Program-made: the position numbers and the translations under genes
Source: Candidatus Saccharimonadota bacterium
GTDB taxonomy: Bacteria > Patescibacteriota > Saccharimonadia > CAILAD01 > BJGX01
Assembly: GCA_046350735.1 (NCBI GenBank)
Contig: JAXLZU010000001.1
Location: forward strand, 384,967 to 448,966
Direction of reading: 5' to 3'
Length of the DNA: 64,000 nucleotides
Shown here: piece by piece, positions 9,287-18,639 of the stretch
How the letters are laid out: each line of letters starts with the position of its first letter
How positions within the stretch are numbered: position 1 is the stretch's first letter
Notes under the pieces: model-generated
Databases searched by the model: none
What the model was told of the DNA's origin: nothing
Seen by the model: the letters and a program-made list of their open reading frames with translations, nothing else

Positions 9287-9766
9287 ATGAAGTCATTATC
9301 AAATAACGATGCCGAAAAAACAGCTGAGCGCCTTGCTGAATTTTCTAATATCACACCAGACAAGCGAGCATTACTTAGACAGATTGTTAGATCTGCACCA
9401 GAGAATATTACCAGAGACAGTCAGCTAAGCAAATATTTTGCATCAACTTATCAGCAAGAAGAAAAAAAGTCTTTTATTGGCCGACCGGCCATACGTATAT
9501 ATGCAAGTATGGCAGTGGTCTTAGTTGTGTTACTTGGTGGCGGTATGGCTTGGTTTGGTTGGCAAAACAGCACTGCTGTTAGAAATACACAATCATCATC
9601 ACAAATTTCGGTTAACGGTAAAGTGTCAAACACAATTAATACAATTACTCAGCAGGCTCAGACTGAGTTGCAAACTGCTCAAAGCGCAACTATAGATACC
9701 GCAAATCTCGATACTATTAATACACAGTTAGGGCAAATGCAGGAGGCTGTAAATGAAAAATTTTAG
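9287..9766 (+). CDS. Putative membrane anti-sigma factor
   Basis: Immediately downstream of the ECF sigma gene. Cytoplasmic N-terminus, single TM (ASMAVVLVVLLGGGMAWFGW), extracytoplasmic C-terminus. Positional inference only. Confidence 0.35.
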   Translation: MKSLSNNDAEKTAERLAEFSNITPDKRALLRQIVRSAPENITRDSQLSKYFASTYQQEEKKSFIGRPAIRIYASMAVVLVVLLGGGMAWFGWQNSTAVRNTQSSSQISVNGKVSNTINTITQQAQTELQTAQSATIDTANLDTINTQLGQMQEAVNEKF

Positions 9767-10541
9767 TTCTCGACTCTTAGCAGTTATAGCTGTTGGTTTA
9801 ATTGCATTACCTACTGGTCTTATTAATCCTCTGTCGGCCAGTGCTGCTAATACCGAAGCTATTCCTCCGGCTGCATTATTTTGCGCTAGTATTAATACAA
9901 TCGGTACAAGAATAGAATCTCAGCTTGGCACCGTTACCCAACAGTCGCTACCAACTTTATACAACCCCACTACTTTTGCGGCGCGTCAAGCAAGTATCCA
10001 AACTGAGTTGGCACAAAAACGTGCAGGGTGGGATGGCGAAAGAGACCAGCACTATAACAAGATGTTGTCATTGGCACAAAATGATGCCCAAAAGACTGCT
10101 ATCGAGAATTTCAAAACTAATGTCGAAGCCGCAATAGTTGTGAGACGCAGTAGTGTAGACAACGCAATAGCTGCATATTTTAGCAACACAGGCGACAATC
10201 TAAGCGCCGAGTCTGCCCAGTTAGTAGCAGCACGACAGGAGTTTGTATCTACAGTTAAAAATGCAATTAGCACTGCCAAAACCGATTGTCTTACCAATAG
10301 GTCTACGAGCGAGATACGCTCGACTTTTCAGACAAATATTGAGACCGCTCGCTCAAAATTACAGTCTACCAGAGAGAGTATAAGCGAGTTTAAAAGTCAG
10401 CTTACAACAATACGCAAAGAAGAAGCACGTAGTATTAATGAGGCAGTAATGGTTTTTGAGACAAGTTTGAGCAAAGCCCGGCAAACCCTTGTAGAAGAAC
10501 TCAAAAAATCAGGCGCCAACACAAGCCAATTCGATATTTAG
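9753..10541 (+). CDS. Secreted Ala/Thr/Ser-rich hypothetical protein
   Basis: Signal peptide (LLAVIAVGLIALPTGLINPLSASA). Helical Ala/Gln-rich body. Confidence 0.4.
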   Translation: MKNFSSRLLAVIAVGLIALPTGLINPLSASAANTEAIPPAALFCASINTIGTRIESQLGTVTQQSLPTLYNPTTFAARQASIQTELAQKRAGWDGERDQHYNKMLSLAQNDAQKTAIENFKTNVEAAIVVRRSSVDNAIAAYFSNTGDNLSAESAQLVAARQEFVSTVKNAISTAKTDCLTNRSTSEIRSTFQTNIETARSKLQSTRESISEFKSQLTTIRKEEARSINEAVMVFETSLSKARQTLVEELKKSGANTSQFDI

Positions 10542-10589
10542 CCGTGTTTTGGTCGGCAAATTTTTTGCTTTTAGGTTACAATATAAGAT

Positions 10590-11153
10590 ATGAAGAACCG
10601 AATTATTATTGGAATAGCCGGTCACCCCTCTGGAGGCAAAGACACAGTCGCTCATTATTTAGTTAAGAAATATAAGTTTGTGCATATTTCTACTAGTGAT
10701 ATTTTGCGCAATTATATTAAGGAGCATCAGCTTGGCGATCTTAGTCGAGAAAACATGAACATGGTAGTTACAGGGCTTCGCGAGCAATTTGGAACTGATT
10801 TTTTGGTGCGAGATATCCTAGAAACAAACAATGACGAACGACTGGTACTAAGTGGACTGCGCAGCAGTGGTGAGGCAAAGGCAATTACTGCTGTTGGCGG
10901 TATACTTGTAGCTGTAGATGCGAGTCTAAAGGTACGCTATAAGCGAGCTTTGCAGCGTGGTCGTATAGGTGAAAATATTAGTTTCGATGAGTTTGTAAAA
11001 GAGCAAGAAAAAGAAGATAACCCTACTAATCCAAATGCACCTAGTGTGGCAGCGGTGACGTCGGTGGCTCAAGAACATATTGATAATTCTAGTACGCGTG
11101 CTCATACCTATACTCAGGTTGATTCTCTCATGAAGCGGCTAAATATTTCTTAA
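10590..11153 (+). CDS. P-loop dNMP-kinase-like protein (phage T4 gp1-type)
   Basis: P-loop GIAGHPSGGKDTVAHYL resembles the T4 dNMP kinase LSGVKRSGKDTTADFI. Confidence 0.45.
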   Translation: MKNRIIIGIAGHPSGGKDTVAHYLVKKYKFVHISTSDILRNYIKEHQLGDLSRENMNMVVTGLREQFGTDFLVRDILETNNDERLVLSGLRSSGEAKAITAVGGILVAVDASLKVRYKRALQRGRIGENISFDEFVKEQEKEDNPTNPNAPSVAAVTSVAQEHIDNSSTRAHTYTQVDSLMKRLNIS

Positions 11154-11206
11154 AACCCACCTATTACTTGCTTCTAAAGTGCTAATGGTTATACTTAGTA
11201 GTAAGT

Positions 11207-12526
11207 ATGAAACCCCAATCTAATTCAATATTACGTATTTATGGCATCTTTATTGTGGTATCGGTGATTTGTCTTGGGGGAATGGTAGCTGGTTATGTTT
11301 GGCAAAATCATCTTATTTTTTGGTTGTCATTATTATTTTTCTCTACTCTTGGTATTGTACGAATACTAATAGTTATTCATTCATTGCAGACAAAAAGCCT
11401 AACCCAAGAACATCGCAATCAGAACCTCACTAATGATCAGGCACAACTCCAAGCGCTCATTAATAGTCTTGGCGAGGCTATACTGGCAGTCAACACAAAA
11501 AGTGAAATTACTTTGTATAATTCTGCAGCACTCGAGCTAATAGATTCCCATACTGAATTAAAAGATAAAAAACTCAGTTCAGTTTTTCAGCTAGTAGACA
11601 ATGCCAGTCAACCAGTTGATGTGCTTGGTTCGGTTATTCAGGCTGGTAAAATTATTGTGCGAGATGATCTCTGTATATTGCGCGCCAAGAGCAATTCAGT
11701 AGAAGTATATATAATGGTAACTCCTATTAATAAAAATGGTGAGATAGTTGGTGCGATTGTTTTGGCGCGTGATATTACACAACAAAAGTCTCTACAAGCA
11801 CAAAAAGATGAGTTTTTAAGTGTGGTAAGTCACGAATTACGTACACCAGTCGCAATTGTAGAGGCCGACCTTTCTACGGTGTTATTACCAGGGTATACCG
11901 ACTTGCCAGAAAAGGCCAAAAAGCTACTTCATTCAGCATCCCAGAACATCACATACCTTTCTGGGTTGTTACAGGATATTTCTGATCTGTCCCACGCCGA
12001 ACGTCATATGCTAGATGTAGAACTGCAAAGTGTCGATACACAAAAACTTGCTAAAGATCTGGCTGACGATTTTTCTGCTAGAGCCCAAAAAGCTCAACTA
12101 GACTTTAAGCTCGATATCGAGCCAAATACACCTTCTATTGTTAGTTCTGGTCAAAGAATTACTGAGATCTTAGTTAACTTCTTAACGAATGCACTGAAAT
12201 ATAGTAGCGGGGTGGGCAAAACAGTTACATTACATCTTGCTCCTTCTTCGAATAAACCTGGTGGTGTTGTATTTGAGGTGAGGGATGGAGGACTAGGTAT
12301 CTCAGAGGCAGATCAGGTCAAATTGTTTACAAAATTCTTTCGATCGAGTAACCAAGCAGTACAGGCTATAAAAGGAACAGGTATGGGGCTCTATATTACT
12401 TCTCAGCAAGCTAAAAAAATTGGTGGTGATATACATCTGAGTAGTAAGCTTGGAAAAGGTAGTGCTTTTTACTTAGAGTTACCCAGCAAAGTCCCAGCAA
12501 ATCTAATTACCAAGACAACTAGCTAA
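11207..12526 (+). CDS. Sensor histidine kinase (2 TM, PAS-like, HisKA, HATPase_c)
   Basis: H-box SHELRTP. C-terminal ATPase G-boxes (DGGLGISE, GTGMGLYI). No adjacent response regulator. Confidence 0.85.
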   Translation: MKPQSNSILRIYGIFIVVSVICLGGMVAGYVWQNHLIFWLSLLFFSTLGIVRILIVIHSLQTKSLTQEHRNQNLTNDQAQLQALINSLGEAILAVNTKSEITLYNSAALELIDSHTELKDKKLSSVFQLVDNASQPVDVLGSVIQAGKIIVRDDLCILRAKSNSVEVYIMVTPINKNGEIVGAIVLARDITQQKSLQAQKDEFLSVVSHELRTPVAIVEADLSTVLLPGYTDLPEKAKKLLHSASQNITYLSGLLQDISDLSHAERHMLDVELQSVDTQKLAKDLADDFSARAQKAQLDFKLDIEPNTPSIVSSGQRITEILVNFLTNALKYSSGVGKTVTLHLAPSSNKPGGVVFEVRDGGLGISEADQVKLFTKFFRSSNQAVQAIKGTGMGLYITSQQAKKIGGDIHLSSKLGKGSAFYLELPSKVPANLITKTTS

Positions 12527-14556
12527 AATGCTTCAGTTCTATTTTGCCAGCGGGGTTTTAAAAGTTCGTATTCTATCATCGAGCCGAAGAGCAATAGCAA
12601 TTCTATGCTACAGCCGAGTGGGAAGAGCAGAGTAGATACAATGCTTTGTCGTGATGAGATAGTAATAATAAGACGATTAATATAACTCAGCAAGACGGCA
12701 GCAGCAAGAATAAATATACCCTCGTACATACCAAATACTAGGAGTATTATTAGTATGAGCGTAGGTAGAACAAATGCTATAAAACCACCCAAGAGAAGAC
12801 TTACGGTGAGTGGCATAGAGAAATGTAGTGCAGGATAAAAGCGCCTTAGATTGCCAGTAACAATTAGTCGGGTGCTGGCGTGGTTTTGGCTGGTTGCTAC
12901 GTCAGAACCAAGGTAGAAACCTGTTTCTAATCCTTTCATCTTAGCGGCTGCTGCCAAATCGAAGTCTTCAAGTGGGCTTTTGCGCACCAACGAGAATCCA
13001 CCCATTGCTTCAACACTCGTGCGTAAAAAAGCAACAAGGCTCGAGCTGGCATTAGCTACTTTGGGGTGTGTTCGAGCGAGAAGTGCTGAAGGGTAGGCCC
13101 CAAGCATAAAGAAGTGATTCTGACTTAATATAAGCTGTTGGCCAAGACTCTTATTCTGATCCGCGGGTAATACTGATACTAGACTTTTCTTTTGTTCGTT
13201 AATGAGCCCAACCAATATAGATAAGGCTTTTGGTAGAAGTACAGTATCTGCCGAGATAAATACCACTACATCGCCACTGGCTCGTGCCAGTAATGCTTCG
13301 GCAGCCCAAGCATGTATTGTCCAGCCTGGTTTGCGTGGTGGAATATCAATAATTTGCAGGCGAGGGTCTTGAAAGCCATGAACTATCTTGGCGGTGTTAT
13401 CGCTCGAGCCAAGATCTGCCATAATAATTTCAAAGTTAGGATACTCTTGGCCAACCGCAGCTAGTAAGGTAGAAGAAATATTATCGGCTTGATTATATGT
13501 GTAGGCGAGAATTGATACCATCGGTAGCTCGGTGTGGGGTTTGGTTTTTGGCCGACGAAATTTTACTAAGTTATACATTGTTAATACAAACTGTAGAACA
13601 AAAAGACATAACAAGAACCCACCAAAGATTGTTATATACTTACTACTCACATTAAATGGATCATAAACGTATAGCAGTAACTGTGCTAAGAAGAATCCAA
13701 CTAGAATATTTAGCCACATAAAATTTTTCCAAGCCCTTCTAAATTGTGCACTATGTGCATCAGAACGAAACTTATAAAAATAACTCATATTAAGAGCGTA
13801 GAGCGAGAGAAATAGTGCAGCAACCACACCATAAGGAAAGTACGCAATAGCCACAATTGTGCAGCTTAAAACATACAGCCAAAAACTATAACGGGTAGTT
13901 TTGCGAGCACCCATAACTGTTGCAATCGAGGCAATATTGGCTGCTCTATCTGGCTTAATATCTTGAATAGAACCCATTGCCTGTGATGCCATGCCCCATA
14001 ACATAAATGCGACTATTGCCGGCCAATACATATTGGTAGTATTGCCATAAAGCAAACCAAATAGTAATGGACTTACAAAATGAAGCGCTGAGTTAATAGA
14101 GTCTAAAAATGGAATTTCTTTAAATCGAAATGGCTTGGCAGAATATGTAAAGCAAAACAGAACAGTAAGCCCTAACATTATTCGGGCAATATTACTGCTT
14201 GTATATAGTAAATACCCAAGAAAGGGAATGTTTGCCGCTGCAATTACTAGCCAAAGTGCTTGATGTTTTTTCTTATCTACAAGGCCACCTTCTACAGAGT
14301 TTTTGCGAGGGTTTTTTACATCAGACTCATAATCATAAATATCATTTATTCCATATAAGAGAAGATTATATGCAAATAAGAAATACAATGTTCCAAGTAT
14401 AAATTCTAAGTTGATTGTTCTCGCAGCCAAAAGATATCCCACCACAAATGGTGCAGCAGTGTTTATCCAGCTAACCGGTCGGCTAGTGGCAAATATCTCA
14501 CGAATACTAAGTTGGGAATTATTTTTTTCGGTTGTCATTATGTATAAATCTCTCAA
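12523..14556 (-). CDS. Fusion protein: N-terminal UbiA-family prenyltransferase (lycopene-elongase-like) + central GT2 glycosyltransferase domain + C-terminal TM region
   Basis: UbiA motifs NDIYDYESD and QDIKPD in a polytopic N-terminus. GT2-like region (ILAYTYNQADNIS...IIMADLGSSDNTAKIV...VVFISADT). Adjacent to the lycopene-cyclase-domain genes. Confidence 0.6.
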   Translation of the reverse strand: MRDLYIMTTEKNNSQLSIREIFATSRPVSWINTAAPFVVGYLLAARTINLEFILGTLYFLFAYNLLLYGINDIYDYESDVKNPRKNSVEGGLVDKKKHQALWLVIAAANIPFLGYLLYTSSNIARIMLGLTVLFCFTYSAKPFRFKEIPFLDSINSALHFVSPLLFGLLYGNTTNMYWPAIVAFMLWGMASQAMGSIQDIKPDRAANIASIATVMGARKTTRYSFWLYVLSCTIVAIAYFPYGVVAALFLSLYALNMSYFYKFRSDAHSAQFRRAWKNFMWLNILVGFFLAQLLLYVYDPFNVSSKYITIFGGFLLCLFVLQFVLTMYNLVKFRRPKTKPHTELPMVSILAYTYNQADNISSTLLAAVGQEYPNFEIIMADLGSSDNTAKIVHGFQDPRLQIIDIPPRKPGWTIHAWAAEALLARASGDVVVFISADTVLLPKALSILVGLINEQKKSLVSVLPADQNKSLGQQLILSQNHFFMLGAYPSALLARTHPKVANASSSLVAFLRTSVEAMGGFSLVRKSPLEDFDLAAAAKMKGLETGFYLGSDVATSQNHASTRLIVTGNLRRFYPALHFSMPLTVSLLLGGFIAFVLPTLILIILLVFGMYEGIFILAAAVLLSYINRLIITISSRQSIVSTLLFPLGCSIELLLLFGSMIEYELLKPRWQNRTEAF

Positions 14557-14863
14557 ATAAGGCTGGGCCTAGCAAAACCACAACGAGCAAATAGCCAAAA
14601 TCTTCGATTGGTATTGAGCCAATATGTATACCCAAAACCAAGTTCTTATTATACTCCACTATTGGCAGAGCGGTGAGATAACCGTCAAAAACCAGCATGG
14701 CAAGAGTAAGAGGTATTAACATGAGTAAAATAGTTTTACGAATTGGTAGTCTGAGTCTGAAGATAGAGAGTATCACAACTGCTACGAGTAAAAGCACCAA
14801 AATGAGGCCGATGTATCTAAGCATTTTTCTGCCCGCCCTGTGGGTTAATAAGTCTGTAGACAA
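14519..14863 (-). CDS. Lycopene-cyclase-domain protein (heterodimeric C50/C40 cyclase subunit, CrtYf/CrtYd-like)
   Basis: ~110 aa, 3 TM helices. Hallmark PxE(E/D) motif IPIEDFGYLL. Start may be the internal ATG (MLRYIG). Confidence 0.6.
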   Translation of the reverse strand: MSTDLLTHRAGRKMLRYIGLILVLLLVAVVILSIFRLRLPIRKTILLMLIPLTLAMLVFDGYLTALPIVEYNKNLVLGIHIGSIPIEDFGYLLVVVLLGPALFERFIHNDNRKK

Positions 14864-15152
14864 TCAGTGTTACATAGCTGAGCAAAAACAGAAAAACGAA
14901 CTCTTCTATAGGTAGGTTTGGGGAGAAAATATGTAGTCCGGTAACATACCGTTGATTAGTAAAAAAAATCCCTAGTCTTATCCCAGCTAAATCTGCTAAT
15001 AGTAAAATAGCCATTAGGCAAGCAATGGTTTTTATAGCTGCTCTAGGCTGATAGAAAAATACAAGTTTTAGATAGGCATCGGCTAGTAATAGGCCGCTAA
15101 TTCCAACAAGCAAAACAAACAAGTAAAACCAATGCGAATAGACGATAATCAT
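14817..15152 (-). CDS. Lycopene-cyclase-domain protein (CrtYe/CrtYc-like subunit)
   Basis: 111 aa, 3 TM helices. Motif LPIEEFVFLF. Confidence 0.6.
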   Translation of the reverse strand: MIIVYSHWFYLFVLLVGISGLLLADAYLKLVFFYQPRAAIKTIACLMAILLLADLAGIRLGIFFTNQRYVTGLHIFSPNLPIEEFVFLFLLSYVTLIVYRLINPQGGQKNA

Positions 15153-15206
15153 ATAAGTAATTATACTCTAACCCCAACACTGTGATAGTCGTGTTATGAT
15201 AATTAA

Positions 15207-16694
15207 ATGAAAAAATCAGTCATTATTATAGGTGGTGGAATAGGTGGACTTTGTACGGCAGCGCGTCTGCTGAAGAATGGCTATGAGGTTACTATCTATG
15301 AAAAAGAAGATAAGGTTGGTGGCCGTGCTCATAGAATAGAAAAAAATGGCTATACTTTTGATACTGGACCAACACTGTTAATGATGACCGATGTACTCTA
15401 CGATACATTCTCATATTGTGGTAAAAATTTTGACGATTATATTACGCTCTTACAGCTAGAGCCGAATTACCGCGTAGCCTTTGGCGATAAAAGCAAGATT
15501 ACCGTTAGTAGCAACTTGCCAAAATTTCAGGCAGAACTTGCTAAGTTCGACCCTAAAGCACCAGAACAATTTTTGCGTTTCTTCTCCGATATTGCAGAGA
15601 TGTATCGTATCTCTCGAGCCGACTTTATCGATAAAAATTTTAATTACATAACTGATTTTCTCAATTTGCGCTCTGGTACTCAGTTATTGAGAAAACGAGG
15701 CCTAACCAAACTGTATCCATTTGTTTCGCGTTATTTTGACGATGAGCGTTTGCGTCAGTTATTTAGTTTTCAGAGTATGTATTTGGGCGTTAGCCCGTAC
15801 GAGGCCCCAGCAATTTACTCTATTGTTAGTTATATGGAGACGGGTCTTGGTATCTGGTATCCAAAAGGTGGTATGTACTCACTTAGCCTCGCCTTACAAA
15901 AGCTAGTAAAAGATCTGGGTGGCAAAATACGGCTTGGCACACCAGTCAAAAAAGTGTGTATAGAAGATAAAAAAGCTACAGGTGTAGAGTTAGAAACAGG
16001 CAGAACTCATAAAGCCAATATTGTAATAGCCAATGCCGATCTAGTATATGCGTATAAAAACCTTATTCCAGCAGAGAAGCGCAAAAAAATGCCAAATGCT
16101 CGGCTTGATAGCTACAAACAAGCTAGTTCGGCATTGCTATTTTATTGGGGAGTAGACGATGAGTGTAAAGATATGTTGCATCATAATGTGTATCTTTGCA
16201 AAGACTTTGAGGCCAACCTAGAACAAATCCTTACTAGCAAGAAGCTGCCTAAAGACCCATCATTTTACACATATATACCTACCAAGACAGACCCTAGTTT
16301 AGCCCCCAAAGGTAAGCAAGTATTTTATGTCTTAGTGCCGGTACCAAACCTAGAAGGCAAGAATAATTGGCAAAAGGGAATTAAAAAAATTCGAGAACAA
16401 GTCTTGGCTCGATTAAAAAGTGAATTTAATTTAGATATAGCACACAAAATAACCACAGAGACTATTTTTACCCCACAAGACTTTGCAGATAAATTTAACC
16501 TTACAAACGGTTCGGCATTTGGGTTGAGCCACCACTTCTTTCAGTCGGGTGCATTTCGGCCACACAACTATAGTAAAGAAATAGCCAATATGTACTTCGT
16601 GGGTGCCAGTACGTATCCAGGTGGTGGTATTCCTATGGTTACACTTAGTGCCAAGCTTGTAACGGAGAGAATTCTAGGCGATAATGGTCATTAA
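15207..16694 (+). CDS. crtI: Phytoene desaturase
   Basis: N-terminal FAD fold VIIIGGGIGGLCTAARL...IYEKEDKVGGRA. 495 aa, full-length CrtI-like. Located in the carotenoid cluster. Confidence 0.85.
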   Translation: MKKSVIIIGGGIGGLCTAARLLKNGYEVTIYEKEDKVGGRAHRIEKNGYTFDTGPTLLMMTDVLYDTFSYCGKNFDDYITLLQLEPNYRVAFGDKSKITVSSNLPKFQAELAKFDPKAPEQFLRFFSDIAEMYRISRADFIDKNFNYITDFLNLRSGTQLLRKRGLTKLYPFVSRYFDDERLRQLFSFQSMYLGVSPYEAPAIYSIVSYMETGLGIWYPKGGMYSLSLALQKLVKDLGGKIRLGTPVKKVCIEDKKATGVELETGRTHKANIVIANADLVYAYKNLIPAEKRKKMPNARLDSYKQASSALLFYWGVDDECKDMLHHNVYLCKDFEANLEQILTSKKLPKDPSFYTYIPTKTDPSLAPKGKQVFYVLVPVPNLEGKNNWQKGIKKIREQVLARLKSEFNLDIAHKITTETIFTPQDFADKFNLTNGSAFGLSHHFFQSGAFRPHNYSKEIANMYFVGASTYPGGGIPMVTLSAKLVTERILGDNGH

Positions 16695-16700
16695 TAAATT

Positions 16701-17777
16701 ATGGTAGATAAAAACTTAGTTGAGTTTATTGGCTATGTCAAAACAGAGACAGACAAGCGTCTGGATGAAATTTTTGATGCCAAAATTGCTCGTGCCGGCG
16801 AGCTCGACTCTGAATACAAAAAATTACTTATCGAGACAAAGAAACAGGTGTTGCGAGGTGGTAAGCGTCTTAGACCAGCCCTTGCCGTACTTGGCTATAA
16901 AATAGCTGGTGGTAAAAAGATAGAAACTATGCTTGACACTGCAGTTGCTTTAGAAATCTTTCATAATTATCTCTTAATTCATGATGATTTTATGGATAGA
17001 GATGACAGACGACATGGAGGTCTCAATATTACTGGTGTATATAAGAAAAAACTACAAAGGGTACTTAAGCCAAGTAATCTGCAACACATCGCCGATAGCC
17101 AAGCCATCTTAGCAGGGGACATATGTTGTGGACTAAGCTATGAGGTTATTACCCAGTCTGGCTTTGGCTCTGAGGCTAAACTGCGAGCAGTGGATAGACT
17201 AAACCAAGCAGTGTTTGAGGTTGCCGCCGGCCAACAGCTTGATATTTTAGCGAGTTTTATGCAGAAGGTATCGATGCGACATATTTTAAAAATTAACTAT
17301 TATAAAACGGCAGGATACTCGGTAATAATGCCATTACAGTTTGGTGCAATTTTGGCAGGAGATGGTGCTAAGCTACATCCAATTATCGAAGAGTACGGTG
17401 AAGGGGTGGGTATTGGCTATCAGCTAGTGGATGATGTAATTGGAATGTTTGGTAGCGAGAGAGTAATTGGCAAGCCAGTAATTTCGGATTTACGCGAAGG
17501 CAAACAAACACTTCTGTATTTTTACGGTATGGCATTAAGTAACAAGAGTCAGAAAGCCTTTCTAGAAAAGTCGTTTCGCAACCCAAATGCCAATATGGCG
17601 ATGCTAAAAGAAGTTAGGGCAATTCTCGAAGATAATGGCGCCAAAGCTAAGACACTTTTACTAGCCAAATCGAAGGCAGACGAAGCTACCAAAATAGCAC
17701 CCAAGCTAACGAGCAACCCAGAGTTGCAAAAGCTTCTTATTTCGTTTGCTAACTATTGTGTAGAGCGAAAGTATTAG
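16701..17777 (+). CDS. crtE: Polyprenyl (geranylgeranyl) diphosphate synthase
   Basis: First Asp-rich motif LLIHDDFMDRDD and second VDDVIG. GKRLRPAL start typical of trans-IPPS. Confidence 0.75.
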   Translation: MVDKNLVEFIGYVKTETDKRLDEIFDAKIARAGELDSEYKKLLIETKKQVLRGGKRLRPALAVLGYKIAGGKKIETMLDTAVALEIFHNYLLIHDDFMDRDDRRHGGLNITGVYKKKLQRVLKPSNLQHIADSQAILAGDICCGLSYEVITQSGFGSEAKLRAVDRLNQAVFEVAAGQQLDILASFMQKVSMRHILKINYYKTAGYSVIMPLQFGAILAGDGAKLHPIIEEYGEGVGIGYQLVDDVIGMFGSERVIGKPVISDLREGKQTLLYFYGMALSNKSQKAFLEKSFRNPNANMAMLKEVRAILEDNGAKAKTLLLAKSKADEATKIAPKLTSNPELQKLLISFANYCVERKY

Positions 17778-17778
17778 T

Positions 17779-18618
17779 ATGGACAATCAAAAACTTTACA
17801 GTCAGCTAGCCTACCAGACCAGCGGACGAGTTACGGCTGCGTATTCTACGTCCTTTTCATTGGCTATCACGCTAGTAGACAAGTCGATGAGGGCACATAT
17901 TTATGCGGTGTATGGGCTGGTAAGACTTGCTGATGAGGTAGTGGATAGTTTTCGTCCCCATGATTCTCGCCAGCTACTTGAAAAACTCGAGCACGAGGTT
18001 TATGCAGCTTTAGAATCTGGCTATAGTACTAATCTACTGATTCACTCATTTGCCACTACTGCAAAGACCTATAATTTTGAGCTTGGTTTGATACGAGCAT
18101 TCTTTGCTAGTATGCGCATGGATATTACCAAGACTAATTATACCCAGAGAGAGTATGAAGACTACATTTATGGCTCTGCCGAAGTCATAGGGCTAATGTG
18201 TTTGCATGTCTTTACAGATAATGACAGCTCATTGTATTCACGTCTACAACCTTCTGCACGGGCATTAGGCGCGGCATTTCAAAAGATTAACTTTCTACGA
18301 GATATGGCAGCCGATCATAATCAGCTAGGACGGATGTATTTTCCGAATGTTGTATTCGACAAGATGAGCCAAAAAAACAAAAAAGATATTATTGCAGATA
18401 TCTCGAAAGATATTCGAAAAGCCAGACGTGGTCTGGTAAGCTTACCCAAAAGTAGTCGATACGCAGTATTGCTTGCACTTTATTACTATGAGGCCTTAAT
18501 TAAACAGCTTAAAAAGGCGCCTGTCGAAACAGTCAAGACAAGGCGCTTACGTATATCAAATACTCATAAGCTATGGCTATATGTCTTGGTACGAATACAA
18601 AAGACCTTCAATGTTTAA
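17779..18618 (+). CDS. crtB: Phytoene synthase
   Basis: Squalene/phytoene synthase family (YAVYGLVRLADEVVD...; RDMAADHNQLGRMYFP). Tightly coupled after crtE. Confidence 0.85.
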   Translation: MDNQKLYSQLAYQTSGRVTAAYSTSFSLAITLVDKSMRAHIYAVYGLVRLADEVVDSFRPHDSRQLLEKLEHEVYAALESGYSTNLLIHSFATTAKTYNFELGLIRAFFASMRMDITKTNYTQREYEDYIYGSAEVIGLMCLHVFTDNDSSLYSRLQPSARALGAAFQKINFLRDMAADHNQLGRMYFPNVVFDKMSQKNKKDIIADISKDIRKARRGLVSLPKSSRYAVLLALYYYEALIKQLKKAPVETVKTRRLRISNTHKLWLYVLVRIQKTFNV

Positions 18619-18639
18619 AAAACGAGTATAATATTATAT

